A stretch of 64,000 nucleotides of DNA. Source: Azolla caroliniana. Taxonomy: Eukaryota; Plantae; Polypodiophyta. Of the stretch, positions 40,502 through 54,217 are shown in pieces. Under the pieces are notes generated by a model. The model saw only the letters and a list, made by a program, of their open reading frames with translations. It was not told the DNA's origin and searched no databases. The stretch's first letter is position 1. Each line of letters begins with the position of its first letter. Made by a program: the position numbers and the translations under genes. The stretch is from NCBI GenBank assembly GCA_043228905.1, contig JBHGNT010000003.1:22320001-22384000 (forward strand), read 5' to 3'.

Positions 40502-43500
40502 GAGAGAAAGAGCAAACAGAAGAAAAAAGAAAAAACCAAATACTCACAAGAATGATCAATATAACAGATATGGTGAGATGAAAAACATCATGGGCTACTT
40601 ATGTTGGAAGAAGAAGAATATAGCCAAACAGGGTTTTTTTGTGGATATCTATAGAGACAGAGACAGAGACAGAGACAAGTCTAACAAAGTAAGATTCAGA
40701 AGAACTATAACATATCAGGTTTGTTTTTGGGGGAATATATATATCAATATATACAAAAAGAGAGAAGGTGGGTGTGTGTGTCCATGAAAATTATATATAT
40801 ATATGTATCCGTTTCTCAATCAATGGCTTCTTCATCCATCAACTATTCCTAGCTGACTATAGGACTGATTTATATGTATTGCCCCTCCTCATCATATGGA
40901 AAAGCCTGAAGATATGTAGTCACTGTGATATGGTGGGATTGATCAGTAGAGAGCTGTCAAAATGAAGAAGAACTATTAGCTGTATTACATAATTTACATA
41001 GAGATGATATATAAGCAATGTTCATATTTTAGTTAGAGACAATAACTATATATAAGATATACATACATATTTACCCTAAGTTAAATTTATATAGGTAGAA
41101 ATTATATATATACATACATTTAGTTTAGGTGACTAAGGCAATAATATTTCTGCTTTTATGCTATGAACACCACGTTCCAGTCTAAGCATTCTGTTGTTGC
41201 CAAATGTAGTAAGTATTAACCAAAAGAAGCAATGTGTTTCTCAAGAAAAAAATAGAGAATATTCAGCCTTTTGTAGTTTTGTCTATTGGAACAGGCTTTT
41301 TTTCAGCCTTTCTGGTACATACTGTCTAACTGTCTATCGTAACATGCCTTTTTTCAGCCTTTCTGGTATTGTCTATTGTAACATGCCTTTCTTCATCTTT
41401 TCTAGCATATCTTCAGCTTTTACCATCGATTCCTTTTGAGATTGTTCTCTAAGTCTCTCTGCTTTACTTACCTTTGTTTTTTCTTTATAAGGTTTTGCAA
41501 ATCCTTGTACATTCTCTCTTTGGACCTTCCTTGTTTTGGATGGCCTTCTGCCCAAATGCTACTCCAATTTGAACCAAAAAAGCACTTATCCTTTGAACTG
41601 CAATCTCTTTTTTTCTATATGTTTAGATTGAGTTTTATGTCTAGTTGTATAAGATGATTTTTCATGCCTCGACGATGAATCCCCCTTTGGGGTTGTCATT
41701 GTGTTGATTGAGAATATGGGAATTGGTCGATGTTCCAATGTTGGTGGTGCTTTATGTTTGTTCTTTGTATATAGAATCTATATATTTATGGGCATATGCT
41801 CTTTGTTGAGAAAAACATTGTTTTTTTGAAGCTGAGCATGTTAGGAAATCTACAAAAAACCTCTATATGTTGACATAATTACCTAAAAACATTGCATTTA
41901 CCCTTCAAATGATCTATACAATATTGAACAATTGTACAACTCCATGGTCACTTAATCACTAGTGTTATTCACAAGAATAATACAAAGAAGTTTTTCTTAT
42001 TCTTGGATATAGAGAATATATCGTTCGTCTACCCAATAAAATTCCACTATGAATCAAGAGCACATTAAAGAATTATTAAGGTAATGGATTGTGCATGATA
42101 TAATGAATCACAAAAATTATACATATATGGTTGTCTCCTTAAGTTTGCGTTAATTTCCAATTGATTATATCAATATTAATTGCCAAAGCATGAGTCCTCG
42201 ATGAATGTGCTTTGCAAGCTATATACTTCGTTTCCTAGAAAATGGAAAGGATTCTTTTATGTTGAAATCTCCACCTCTGAAGGTATAAAAAGCCTCCACT
42301 TTGCAAACGCTCATGGGTTTGAAGATTCTAATGCTACCGTCAAGGACCCAAAAACACTTGTCTTATATGGCCATATCTGTTTTTCCCACATTACATCAAA
42401 GAAACGTGTGAGCAAAGTCTTTTAAGGTGGCCCCATATAAGCAACACATGCCATTGGTAATAGGTATTCGCTTGAATGGTGACGCCATATGAATATTCCT
42501 TCTTGGAAAGGGAGTTTGGGGTTTCATACTCTCTTTATGGTGTCTTCGAAGTTCGTCCTCACTCTTAATTCTTTTGATACTCTATTGCATAACTAAGTAC
42601 AATATGCAATTTTGCTAGGAATAGATTATTGATTTTATATTGTAAAGGATGCACTAGATTATTGATTTATAAATTTTGGTGGTTCTACGATGCCATGTCT
42701 CATTGTATCATTGTATTGGGCTAATGTTTCAGTCTTTACTCTTTTGAGTGCCAATATGTATGCTTACCAACATTATTCTCACGCCTCTTGATGTTGTAAT
42801 CTTCTGTGTTTTTGCTAATATGGCCAATGTCGTATTTTAGATTGCTTTGAGATACCACAAACTTTTAGTGATCGTTGATCATTATGAATTTGCATAAACT
42901 TTATATTAGTGCTTCATCTTTTTATTAGGATTGTTAGGTGGCCCCCTTAGCAACAATTTATTTTATCTAGTTCATTTCACATTTTGTGTTGTTGTGATAA
43001 TGGGCCAAGTGAGGGAAATAGTTCGTGAATCGTGAATTATCCTCAACAATCATAGACAATCATATGCTTAGGATGTTGGTTTTATGACCGATTTCCTTAT
43101 TTAGCCTACCATTGTGGATTACATTGAAAAAAGTAAAAAACTTAATCTACGTTATGATTTGCATCACCATTATGTAGATTGAGCAATGCATATAATATCC
43201 ACATCACTTAATACTCATAAATAAACACGTTTAACAATTTCTTTAGGGTTTAAGTGACATGGTTCAACAAGCTACACATTGCTTAGATTTCCCTATTGTT
43301 AAGGGTTTCATATCGCTAATTTTTGTATAAGATTCTCTATAGCTCACATGAGATCCACGTAGATGAGAAGTTGACAATGATTGGATTTTGTCATTTCTTC
43401 ATGGTGTGGGAGATCAATTACTCTTTTTGAACCCCCCTTGCATACATGAAATAATTCAAGTTTTCATAGTTGCAAGAGTTTAAATGCTACTCTATCTCTT

Positions 43501-43724
43501 GCACTCCATGATGCATATCTACCTCTTCATTAGATTCTATTTACTTTCTATGCAAGGGTCATAACTTTTTTTTATCCTTTGGTGTAAAACTTTACGCCAA
43601 TGTTAGTCTAACTACTCACCTCTAAATGCAACATATCGACCGACGACAATATTAGTTTACACCATTACTTTTAAAACATGCTCTAGAAGCAATAAATTTC
43701 TCAATAATAGGTTCAAATAACGTA

Positions 43725-44114
43725 TGTTATGTCAGACCGAAGCAACGATAATCATCAAACAAGGTCGTTGATGAAACTTTGATTTGTACTTGTAGTAAAA
43801 ATGTCTTCAAACCTTTTTTACAAGGCTACTTACTAGAGCTGAATTAGGATGATTTCTAGGCTCATGCAGACAATGTTGTTGATTGAGCCCTCTACAATTT
43901 TTGAGACAAATATTCGTATCAAGACATGACAATATAGCAAAAACCAAGATTTGATAGAGAAGAGATGGGAATTTGGTCGTAAGGACAGGACCTTCGATCC
44001 ATTTATATACGCCGACTTCTGATGACCGAATGTGGGGGAGCTGATATTGACTTGACTTTTGAATGATCAACAAGGGACTTTGAAACCCGACAGGGTCGTG
44101 TTGGCAACATAACA
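43725..44114 (-). repeat. Putative LTR remnant just upstream of the PDI gene
   Basis: Perfect 8-bp inverted termini TGTTATGT...ACATAACA; minus-strand TATATAAATGG near 43999-44009; GGGAG (PPT-like) precedes the minus-strand start; no TSD seen. Confidence 0.45.
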
Positions 44115-44283
44115 CTCCCGGGACAACACTCTCTACACTTATTTTTCAAACAAAATCCTAAGATCAATGAAAATCACACACACACACAGATATGTATGAA
44201 TGCATAATTTTAATTTTAATGAGTAGAGACTCATTAGAACAGTTAGTTAGATCTTGACCTCCATAGCTCTGGAAGCTGCTCCC

Positions 44284-47200
44284 ATGGCCCCCTCTCTCCC
44301 CATACGATTCCTTCTCCTTCTCCTTCTCTGCGCGCGAACCCATCTCAGTATCACCGCCCTAGCTGCGTCTGCAGAGCTCAATGGCGACGAAGACTTGGAT
44401 TTACTCGATTTAGACGAGGGCTTAGAAGAAGACCCAAAGTCCCCGCCTTCTTCCTCCTCTTCCTCTTCATCGCAAATAGTAAGTTTAGCGATTCAGAAAA
44501 AAGCTCTTGTTCAGCTCTCTGACAGCACTGCCTCTTCTTTTGTTGCTTCGAGAGAGTATGTTTTGTTACTTGGTTTCGCACCTTGGTGCACTCGGAGTTC
44601 AGAGGTCATGTTAGAATTTGCGGCTGCGTCGCTAGAGATCCAAGAAAATAATATTCCGATCACAATAGCGAGACTCGATGCGGTGTCAAACACGAGATCT
44701 GCTTCTCAATTTGGAATCAAAGGTTTTCCAACACTTCTATTCTTCACTAATGGTACTTCGGAGCGGTATACTGGTGGCTTAACAAGGTGCATTAGATCTT
44801 TCTCTCTCTCTCTCTCTAGATTGCATTTGTCTAATGCTGGATGTCACTAATTCAAGTAATGAAAAGTGTAGTATCTAGATTTCCATTAAAAAAGGGATGT
44901 CCCAAACCCAAATGATGCAAAAACATATTGCAATTGGTTAAATTGCATTTGTCTAATGCTGGATGTCACTAGTTCAAGTAATGAGAAGTGTAATATCTAG
45001 ATTTCCGTTAAAAAAAGGATGTTTGAAACCCAAAATAAAGTAAAAACATCACTTTCGTCCCAGAATGTCAGATTTAACCTTGAGGACGGTAATAAAATCT
45101 TTTTAATTTCTCTAGCTGTGGTTATGTTGGTTGATCTATGTATAAAAATACAAAGTCATGGCCTTCTACATCACAGATCCCTATGACATGAGATTTTAAC
45201 TACTTATTTTGAACCATACCCCTGTTCCTCTATTAGGTGAAACATGACATGAGGATGAATATCTATTTAAAGATCCTAGTTGGCCTCTATGCGCTCTATC
45301 AGCTCAAAAAGTGTATATACACAGTCTGAACCATGGCTGGATATGTTTTAAATGATGTGTTGCATTTGTTAAATCATTGGTTTGGTTGGAGTCAAAGGGG
45401 TCTGGAGAAATAATAGTACATTAGGAGTGTATACTTGGAACCTTGCTTGCTGTTGTTTTGTTATCATCAAGGAAATTGCTTGGATCACTTCTAGGTGGTG
45501 CAAACAATCCGATAAAATCCTTTTTCATTTTCTTTGACTTGCCCCTTCAATACTCTTCTTGCAACAAGTTACCCTCTGTCTACCCCGAGAGAGAAACCCA
45601 TTTTGTAAGGTTTTCTGATGGAGATTAGAACATCAAGTGTTCAACCCTTGCATTCTTCAGTGCCATCATTTCAACTAATGCACTGTATATACTGATTTGC
45701 TGGAGGATGATTAGACAGGATAGACAAGACAATTGTTGTGAAGAAGACGGTCAGTTTTTTAGGGCTAGGATTTCAAGATGACATCTGATTTTCTTATTGA
45801 TTGATGATTACTCTGGTAAGAAATGACTTTAAATTTATTTGCACCTAGTAATTTTCATACAGATGTTTTCCTTGTTGCCTAGGGATTCCATAGTCGTCTG
45901 GATCAAAAAGCATACTGGAACACCTGTTACAACAGTTTCTTCAAAAGAAGAGGCAGAAAAGATTGTTAAGCAAGGAAGGACTACTGTGGTTGGATTTTTC
46001 AATGATTTCAAGGTAATATCTAAGCACATCATGTGATCTTGGCCATTTTAATAGGTAGTTATCTGCATGCGCACATCATGGTCATTTTTGTTTCAGAAAC
46101 ATATATGTGCTTCGATTTTTCTGGACCACAAATTGTGGTAATGTACACATGATATGTTAGTCATTTTTGTTCAAGAGACGTTATTTTGTTTGATTTTCTA
46201 TAGGGTCCACACATCAATATGTTTTTGGTCATTTTACTTGGTAATATCTGCATGCCATGAATTATATGTTTTTGGACATTTTAGTTGGGGAAACATATTT
46301 TTTGCTTCTGATTTTTTGTAGGGGCCAGAATATGAAGCTTTTATCTCTGTTGCTAGGGAAGAGGAAGAGACAGAATTTGCTCAGATTGATAATCCAGATT
46401 TGGCAGACATATTGAATAATGGAATGTACAAGGCACCACCTTTTCTCAGCATTATAAAAAATGTACAAGAAAGTCATGTAATATTTGGTAAGGAAGTCAT
46501 TTCTCTTTAATCAATCATATAATTTGCTTATGATATGAAAGTTATTTTGTCATCAAATAAAGCCTTGAACTCCTCATAATCTCTATAAGACATTAGCATG
46601 CCAATCTGTTTAGCCAAGTATCCTTCGCATATTGTGAATTTTGTTTCACCTAAGGAGCTTGGTCTGATGCCAATCTCTTTAGCGGGGCGTCCTTTGCATG
46701 AGGTGAATTTTGTTTCACCTAAGGAACTTCAACTGGTCTAATTTGCTTTGCAGAGGATGTGTTTGAAAAGAGCAAAATTCATTGGTTTGTTGAGGTGAAC
46801 AAGCGTCCACTTGTTACAAAAGTTGAGCAGATAAACTACATGAGGTTGTTTATGAGCCCTATCAAGCTTCAAGTGAGCCCTTGTTCTCTCTCTCGCTCTC
46901 TCTGTTTGTAAATAGATGTATAGAGAAATTGTTTTCAATTTTTAGGTGGAGTAAACGTTTGTGATTAGAATTTTTTTTCATGATATTTCCATGCTCTTCA
47001 AAATCTTTGAATACAGCAACTGAGAAAACGAATTCTAGCTGTTTATATCTGGCATGTAGGTATAGCATATTAACTAATGCATCAACTGGAAAAATAAATT
47101 CTAGTGATAGTTTGAATGTTTTTTGTACAGGTGCAATAAAGAGTTATTGCCTTTCCTTTTGCTGATTCATCGTCTGAAAAAGAAAATGTTTCTGTGAAAT

Positions 47201-49261
47201 CCTGCAGGTCACTCTGTTTGCAGATAGTGAAAACTCAAAAAAGTTACTGCCATTGTTTCAAGATGTTGCGAAATCATTCAAGGGGCAGGTTGGTCCAAAT
47301 CTCTACGTTATCTTGAATAATTTAATCCATTCCTTTCTTGCCACCATTTAAGCACAAATGTGAGAGTGGAAGGTGTCACACAAACCCCTTGTAATACATG
47401 ACTTTTACAGCTTCTCTTTCTCTTTGTTGATACGGCCAATGAGGAACTCTCAAGACCAACACTTACGTTATATGGGTTGAATGCAGATGAGCCTGTTGTA
47501 AGTATGGGTGTTATTGTGGGGTTTATATTTGTTTGCAAATTTGTTAATGACAAATTTAATGCATGTATATCATGCCAGATTGCAGCGTTTAACTACAAGA
47601 ATGGCTTGAAATATCTTTTCGAATCAAATCTTAGTGTAGAGGCCCTGAAGGTGAAAATAGTGATACCAATGAATTGCTATTCTGATTTGTACTGGTTTAC
47701 TGAACGAAGTTAATAACGAAATCAATTAAATGACAGGAATTTTGTGATCAGTTGGCAACTGGAGTGCTTCAACCTTATTATAAATCTCAGCGAATCCCTA
47801 AAGAGGTAAGATATTACATGACATAGGTTTTTGTCTTTCTTCTCATGCTTTTCCGCTGGTAACTTTTTAAAGTAGACAACATGAGGCATACCTATTCATT
47901 GATATACTCCTTTCCTTTGTCTCTCTTTTGATGCAGAGTGATAATGCTATCAAAATTGTTGTTGGGAAAAACTTTCAGTCTATTGTCTTGGATGATTCCA
48001 AGGATGTATTTTTAGAGGTACAGTTTTCTGTCCCAAAGTAAATTATTTAGTTCTTTAATTGCTTAAAAGTTACCAAGTTTGTTGGATAAATTGTAACTGC
48101 CCTTACCTCACAAGTTTGAAATGAAAGAAAACTGTTTTACAAGGTAAAAGCTATGTAGCTAATTAGATAGGAAAGTCGAGTTTCTGAAAGAAAGATTTTT
48201 GAAGCCATTGAAGTTGTGATCCTCAAATTATGATTTATTCAAGTACTTTTGGACTTTTTTAATGTACTGAATTTCCTCATTTGTGATGAATCTATTTCAA
48301 ATTCTTTCAAGGCTTACAGGGAGCTGAATTTTCTAGCTTAGGGCCTTTGGTGACTCTTATGCAAAACACAACATGCTAAGGCACAATGTCTAAGCATTGG
48401 TATGTCCCATCAGATACAAATACATATAAATGTGATGGTACATTGGTAAAGCTCATGCTTACGGTTGTGGGTTTGAGTCCAAACATTTCTCCCCTAAGAA
48501 GATCCCTTTATAAATTGGTTTTGCACAATGTAAACGTTTAAAACTATAGATCATAGCACCATGTAAAAGGCGATGTTAATAAAGCCATTCTGGATACAGT
48601 GTACGTACATATGTTAACCCATCTATCCTCTTATTTAGGTATATACCCAGTGGTGCATAAGATGTGATTCTGCAAATAAGGCATTTGAGATGATTGCGAA
48701 GCACTTCAAAGATGTTTCCAACCTTGTCATTGCCAAGATTGATGCTGGCGAAAATGAACATGCCCTTTTGGAGGTGTGTTTATCAATAGTGTAAAATGTA
48801 CCAATAATTGAATGTGTAAAAATAAAGGTAGCTGAATCTGTCAATATATATCATGACAGGTGGAGGATTATCCTTCTTTCTTATTCTATCCTGCCAATAA
48901 TAAGACAAACCCTGTAAGTTTTAGTAATTATACGTTATAATTGTAATAACTGTAAGTTCCAATTAATAACTTTAGTAACTGTAAATTCTATTATAACTGC
49001 TAATTCCTCTTTAGCTGATGAATGACATAATGTTGAATTGTTCAGATATTGGCACCTAAGAAGTGGTCTACAAAGAAGCTGTTGCAGTTTGTGCATGAGC
49101 ATGCTACAGTTCCTCTTATTTATTCAACAAAAACAGACAATGATGAATCTCATATTGCTTCAACCAAAAGCAATAATGATGAATCTAATATTTCTTCAAC
49201 CGAAACAGATAAAGATGAATCTCTTATCTCTTCAACTAAAAGCGATAAGGATGAATTGTAA
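44284..49261 (+). CDS. PDIL1-5: Protein disulfide isomerase-like (PDIL1-5/1-6 type, a-b-b'-a', KDEL); exons 44284-44786, 45883-46012, 46322-46487, 46754-46872, 47208-47288, 47411-47497, 47579-47650, 47737-47805, 47937-48017, 48639-48773, 48860-48913, 49046-49261
   Basis: Signal peptide; acidic N-terminus; a-domain FAPWCTRS (CxxS) and IKGFPTLLFF; a'-domain VYTQWCIRC; VVGKNFQSIVLDDSKDVFLE; C-terminal KDEL; all junctions GT-AG and in frame. Confidence 0.92.
44820..45048. repeat. ~122-bp tandem duplication in PDI intron 1
   Basis: ATTGCATTTGTCTAATGCTGGATGTCACTA.TTCAAGTAATGA...TATCTAGATTTCC occurs twice. Confidence 0.9.
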
Positions 49262-50362
49262 TAGAGAGTGTGTGGGTGAGATCATACATTCTGCTTTCAA
49301 TCCATCACTTCTCAATACAAAGAGTTGGCTGTGTTGTATCATATTAGTATATGCTTTATGGCCCCCCTTCCTCAAAAAAACAAGATTCTTTGAGCAAGAT
49401 TCTTGTGTGATTCCTTACACTGGTTCCTCAAAACATTTCCATTGACAATTACTGTTCTGAAAATCAAATTCTCTAACATTTCCAGTGACAAGTATATTAA
49501 ATGTTGTTTGCAAATCAGATTAACATTTCCAGTAACTGAACTGTTTTGGGAATGCATTCACCAGATCAGTATAACATTTCCAGTGCTTATAATTGTAACA
49601 ACTGTTTTTACAAAATGAGTCCTCAGCATTCCAAGAAACAGTAATTGTAATAATGTTTTTTATGAAATCAGCTCTTAGCATTTCCAATAACCTTCATTCA
49701 TTTAAATTTCATCATCCGAGAAACAATTTTCTACATAGTTATTACAATTGTCATGACAGTTCTTTTCTTTGTTGACCATATATCTTGCTGTGTCAATGTT
49801 CTCATCTAACAATACTGTGTGTTATAACATTTACTCGTTTTGAGAGTCAATGGTCACTCAGCCTTTTTACTAATGATACCGGTTATTAGTGACTATACAT
49901 TGTATCTTATGAGAATGAACTGTCCCTTGATCTTTCCAGTAACAACTGTACCTTGTATATTTTGAGAACCAAATGTCTCGTAACCTTTCTTGACCTTGTA
50001 TCTTGTGAACATTTCTATAATAATAGCTATCCAATACAAGAAACTGAAATGCATGATTTGTAGCCAAGTCAACACAAGGGAGACAAATGGGAACCTCTAG
50101 GTTTGTAAATGTGGGGGGAAAAGAGGGAGCATACACAAATTGACTGTTGAACAACTCATACACCAAACTCTTTGGCTCTATAATGGAATAATAAACTAAA
50201 TCCATTATAATGAGTGAATGAGGAGGGTATAAGTTAATGTTCAATGTGTTTAATGCAAGTACATATTCCCCACACTTGATACAAGAAAGGTATAGTGTGT
50301 GTGTATATATATAACACGTTTTCCAATGATTGTGCTCACATACAAGGTGTGGTTGGATAGAC

Positions 50363-51418
50363 TTTTTTTTTTTTTTTTTTCCAAAAAAGGAATATACTCC
50401 ATTAGTTAAAATATACATGAACATGATCCCTTTCTCAGGTAGGCCATGCCAAGATTATCCTAGCCTACATACGAGAGATCTCACTTATTTATCTTACACT
50501 TTTACATATGACTCAAGCCATCCTTACAGATGCATCACCTACCTTCACTATCCCACTTGCCATGTCTTTCACGCCCCTCGTTCAACTAATGGGAGGGGGA
50601 AACAACCATCTGGGTACATCATACTTCCATAGTATATCCATTCCATTTGCTGCGGCCATCAGTGTCGTACACCATCTTTTTCGAAAATTCAGCCTCATTA
50701 GGTCTGCAACATCATTAGTACCATTAATCCGCTCATATTGAGCTCTTAGTGTAGTTATGAGTGTGTGCCAAATTAGCTTAATTGATTCAGCTGGAGGGGA
50801 TTTGTGTGCGGAAAATACCCTGGTACACCTTGCTGTCCATATATGCCATATAGTAATGGGGGCAAGCAACATCCAAAGATCTTCAAGTTTTTGATTCTGT
50901 ACACAAGTTGTAGGTACCCCGTTGTCAGGGATCAGCCGAACAATGCCATTCTCCCCTCTGTACTTAGCATTGCATGTGCTATCGTATGTCGCCACATCAG
51001 CGTCAAGAGACATCCAACAAGCATGTCCCCAGTTGAGGGTGAACGAACTAGAGGCGTGGCAAAGCAAAAGAAGTGCCCTTCCCCATACAGCCATTGCATC
51101 ACGACATTCCCATAGACAATGGGAGATGCTTTCTATCTGTCCACATGCAGTACATCGAGGGTCTACATAGGGGCCTTTACCCCACGTCCCTACCGGCAAG
51201 GCTCTATGTGCAATAAGCCATAAACACATCATTATCTTGCGGTCATATTTGTCATGCCATATCATTTTCCAGAATTTATCTAGTCTCCTTTCACTTATGC
51301 CCTCCTGCATCCAAAATTTCCTTGCCGCAACCTTGTCATGTTTTTGTTCTAGAAGAATTTGCCTCCCAATCTTCGTGTTATACCTGAAAAATTGAACCAG
51401 CTTTTCCCCATCAGTTTG
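50363..51418 (-). mobile_element. 5'-truncated L1-type LINE (copy 1) with zf-RVT and poly(A)
   Basis: FWKMIW...LWLIAHRALP...CTACGQIESISHCLWEC; plus-strand T tract at 50363-50380. Confidence 0.85.
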
Positions 51419-53772
51419 TCCTTGAGAAAATGTTCACATGAATCAATGGTGACCTTATCTAGTCAAGATATTTTGTTTTGATGGGGATCCTTGATAATGG
51501 TTAGGGTTCAAGTCTCTTGTTGTTTTGAGCCTACATAAGTTGTTTCAAAACATGGAACCAATGTCTTGAGATAGTTTGTAGAAGCTCCTTTAATAACAAT
51601 ATCAAATCTGAATCCTTGCCAGTAATTTAAGGAATTATGTTTACCCCATATTTGTGGTTTCAAATATCCACTTTTTCCATGTGGCTTCCTTCTATTTAGC
51701 GTATTACCAAAAAGATTAATATCTTGATCTTTGCTTTGTTAATGTATAAACTATATTGTTTCATATTTGTCACTTTACTTTCCAAAATATTCTAAGGTAT
51801 ATCACACATTAAAAACATTTATAAAAGCTTTCATAAATCATTTTAGACTAACCAAGTTTTAGTAACTCCGAGATTGAACATGCTTTATGTTAAACATTTT
51901 CTTTGGGTTGGGTTTTTTTTTTGCCGATATGTAATAGGTCTAAAAACCATATAGACAATATGGGCCATCGATGCTCATACTTTGCCTATGTTGATATAGA
52001 ATTCTTCTATTTATAACGCAATTGTCAAATGGACCATTTTGAAAAGGTAACCACTTTGATCTTTGGTAAGGTTAAAAGCTCTATCTAACCTTGCCAATTA
52101 CAAGGGTATACACGTTATTCTTCATTCTTCATTTTATTTGTTTAACATAAAGAATAACATGTCAATCTCTTCATATAAAACGTGTAATTGTAAAAGATTG
52201 ACATGTTTTTCTTTTTTTCCAAAAAAAAACTCCTTCCATTAGTTATAAAATTTTACATATGAGATTAATATACACAAATCCTTGTAGGGACGCGATAGGT
52301 CCATCTTATGTGGATGCCCACCGACTCAATAAAGGGGGAGGTCGACCATTGCTGGATGAAGGCTAGTTGTTGTCTTTCAACTCCATCGGAGTCGCCCTTG
52401 AGGCCATCATATTGGTTTTTTAGGGTGGCTAAAACTTCACTCCATATCTCTTGCATTAACACTGTTGGTTGTGTGATTTGGTTGGAGAAGACCTGTCCAC
52501 ACCGTTGTTTCCATAGGGTCCAAAGAGTTATTGGGCTGACCAATTCCAACACAACTTGAGATTTGACATTGATAGGAGTTGAGTGGACATTGTCGATGGT
52601 GGAGAAAAAAACCTCTTGTGCTTTTATTACCAAAGCCATCCCTCCTGATGCTCGTAACTGTCAATTGAGGCCTGCCATGATAGCCAACATATATTTCCCC
52701 ACATGATTAAGCCTTGCACCTGGCATAATTGCAATAAGCTGCCAACCCCCTGCCATATTTGATGGGCCTCTGGGCAGTCCCACAAAGCGTGTTGGATTGA
52801 TTCTATTGCATTTGGGCACACTACACAATTAGGAGAGCTAAGGTTCCCACGTTGCCATGCACCAACTGATAGTGACCTATGTATTAATAACCATTTGAAA
52901 GTGGTGATTCGTTGCGCGTGTTGTTGTTTCCAAATTTTTTTCCAAATTTTGGTGATAATTGTGTGAGGAACATGATATGTGTGCCATACCTTTGTAGCAG
53001 CCGGCTCTCGGGCGGTTTGAGCAGCTAGAATATGGTGACCCAATCTAGTTTTGAATTGAAAGAAAGGGATGAGTTTGCTTCCTTGCCCCGCGTAAGGATC
53101 ATGCCATGTCCATTGCAAAGGGTCCCAACTAACCTTACATAACCATGTGTTTTCGTGAGTACAATTGTGCCAATTTGGTTGTACTTTGATAGGATCAGGA
53201 TCTACAATCCATTTATGCCCAGTATATGCTAGTACTTGAATTACCTTATTCTGAGTTGGTGTCTCATTGTCTTGCAATTCAGAGCTTGCGATCCTGTCTG
53301 GTATTTCCCTATCTCTTGGGATCAAAGAACCCTCCTCCTCGTAGCCTATCCATTTCTCTATTGTTTTCCTTTGATTAGCAGCTTCCCTACTCAGTAAAGC
53401 ATTAATGATTTTAGATCTCATAGCCCATTCGCCCCTAATTCCATGGAGTATGTTGGTTTGGTCTTGTATTGACAACGACATAAACCGTCTCCAACATTCT
53501 ATACTTTTTCTTGGACCTTCCACAATGTATCCCCATGACAACCCCTTACTTGATCCAATTAGTTGATTAGATTCATCTCTGATACATGGGTTCCATAGGA
53601 TATGTTGACTGAGCCAAGCAAGTTCAGAGTTAGGTTGATCGCACTTGAACCCTCGTCTAATGTCACACCACGTCTTCCACATGGATGCAGGAGAAACTAG
53701 GTTTGACCCCCATGTTTAGAATCCATCTCGTTTGGGGGTCCCAATTGGCCCCTTTTTATGGCTTAAAGTAAG

Positions 53773-53813
53773 TGTAAAAGATTGCTTGCGGAAGCGTTAG
53801 AAAGAACAATACA

Positions 53814-53853
<40 letters not shown>

Positions 53854-54217
53854 GCGGGAGAGACAGAGACAGAGAGAGAGCAAAACACACTATTTTTCAA
53901 AATTATATGAATACTCTGTGCTCTGTATCTACAACGCGCTCATCAACGCTATTTATACAAGTCCACATGGGACTGTTAGAAGTATGGTGCACTTCAATGC
54001 TCACACGAGCATCTGACACTAACTACGAGACTATAACTGCTTAGTAGTCTAACCTATACCAGGCTTCCGGTTACGGATTGGATTCGACATACCGGCTCCC
54101 CAGCTCACCGGTCCTTACTACTTACCGACTCGGTTGCTCACCGGCATACCGATTCATCTCGCTTACCGGCTCAGGTTATTCAACCGATCCGGCTCCGGTT
54201 GAGCTTGCCGCTCAACA
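53773..54217 (-). repeat. 3' LTR of Copia D
   Basis: Matches 59280-59710; PPT at 54218-54228. Confidence 0.95.

Noticed and set aside
49870-50424. 184-aa minus-strand ORF
   Set aside because: Reads through the LINE poly(A) (KKKKKK) into flanking DNA; chimeric, with no convincing motif.
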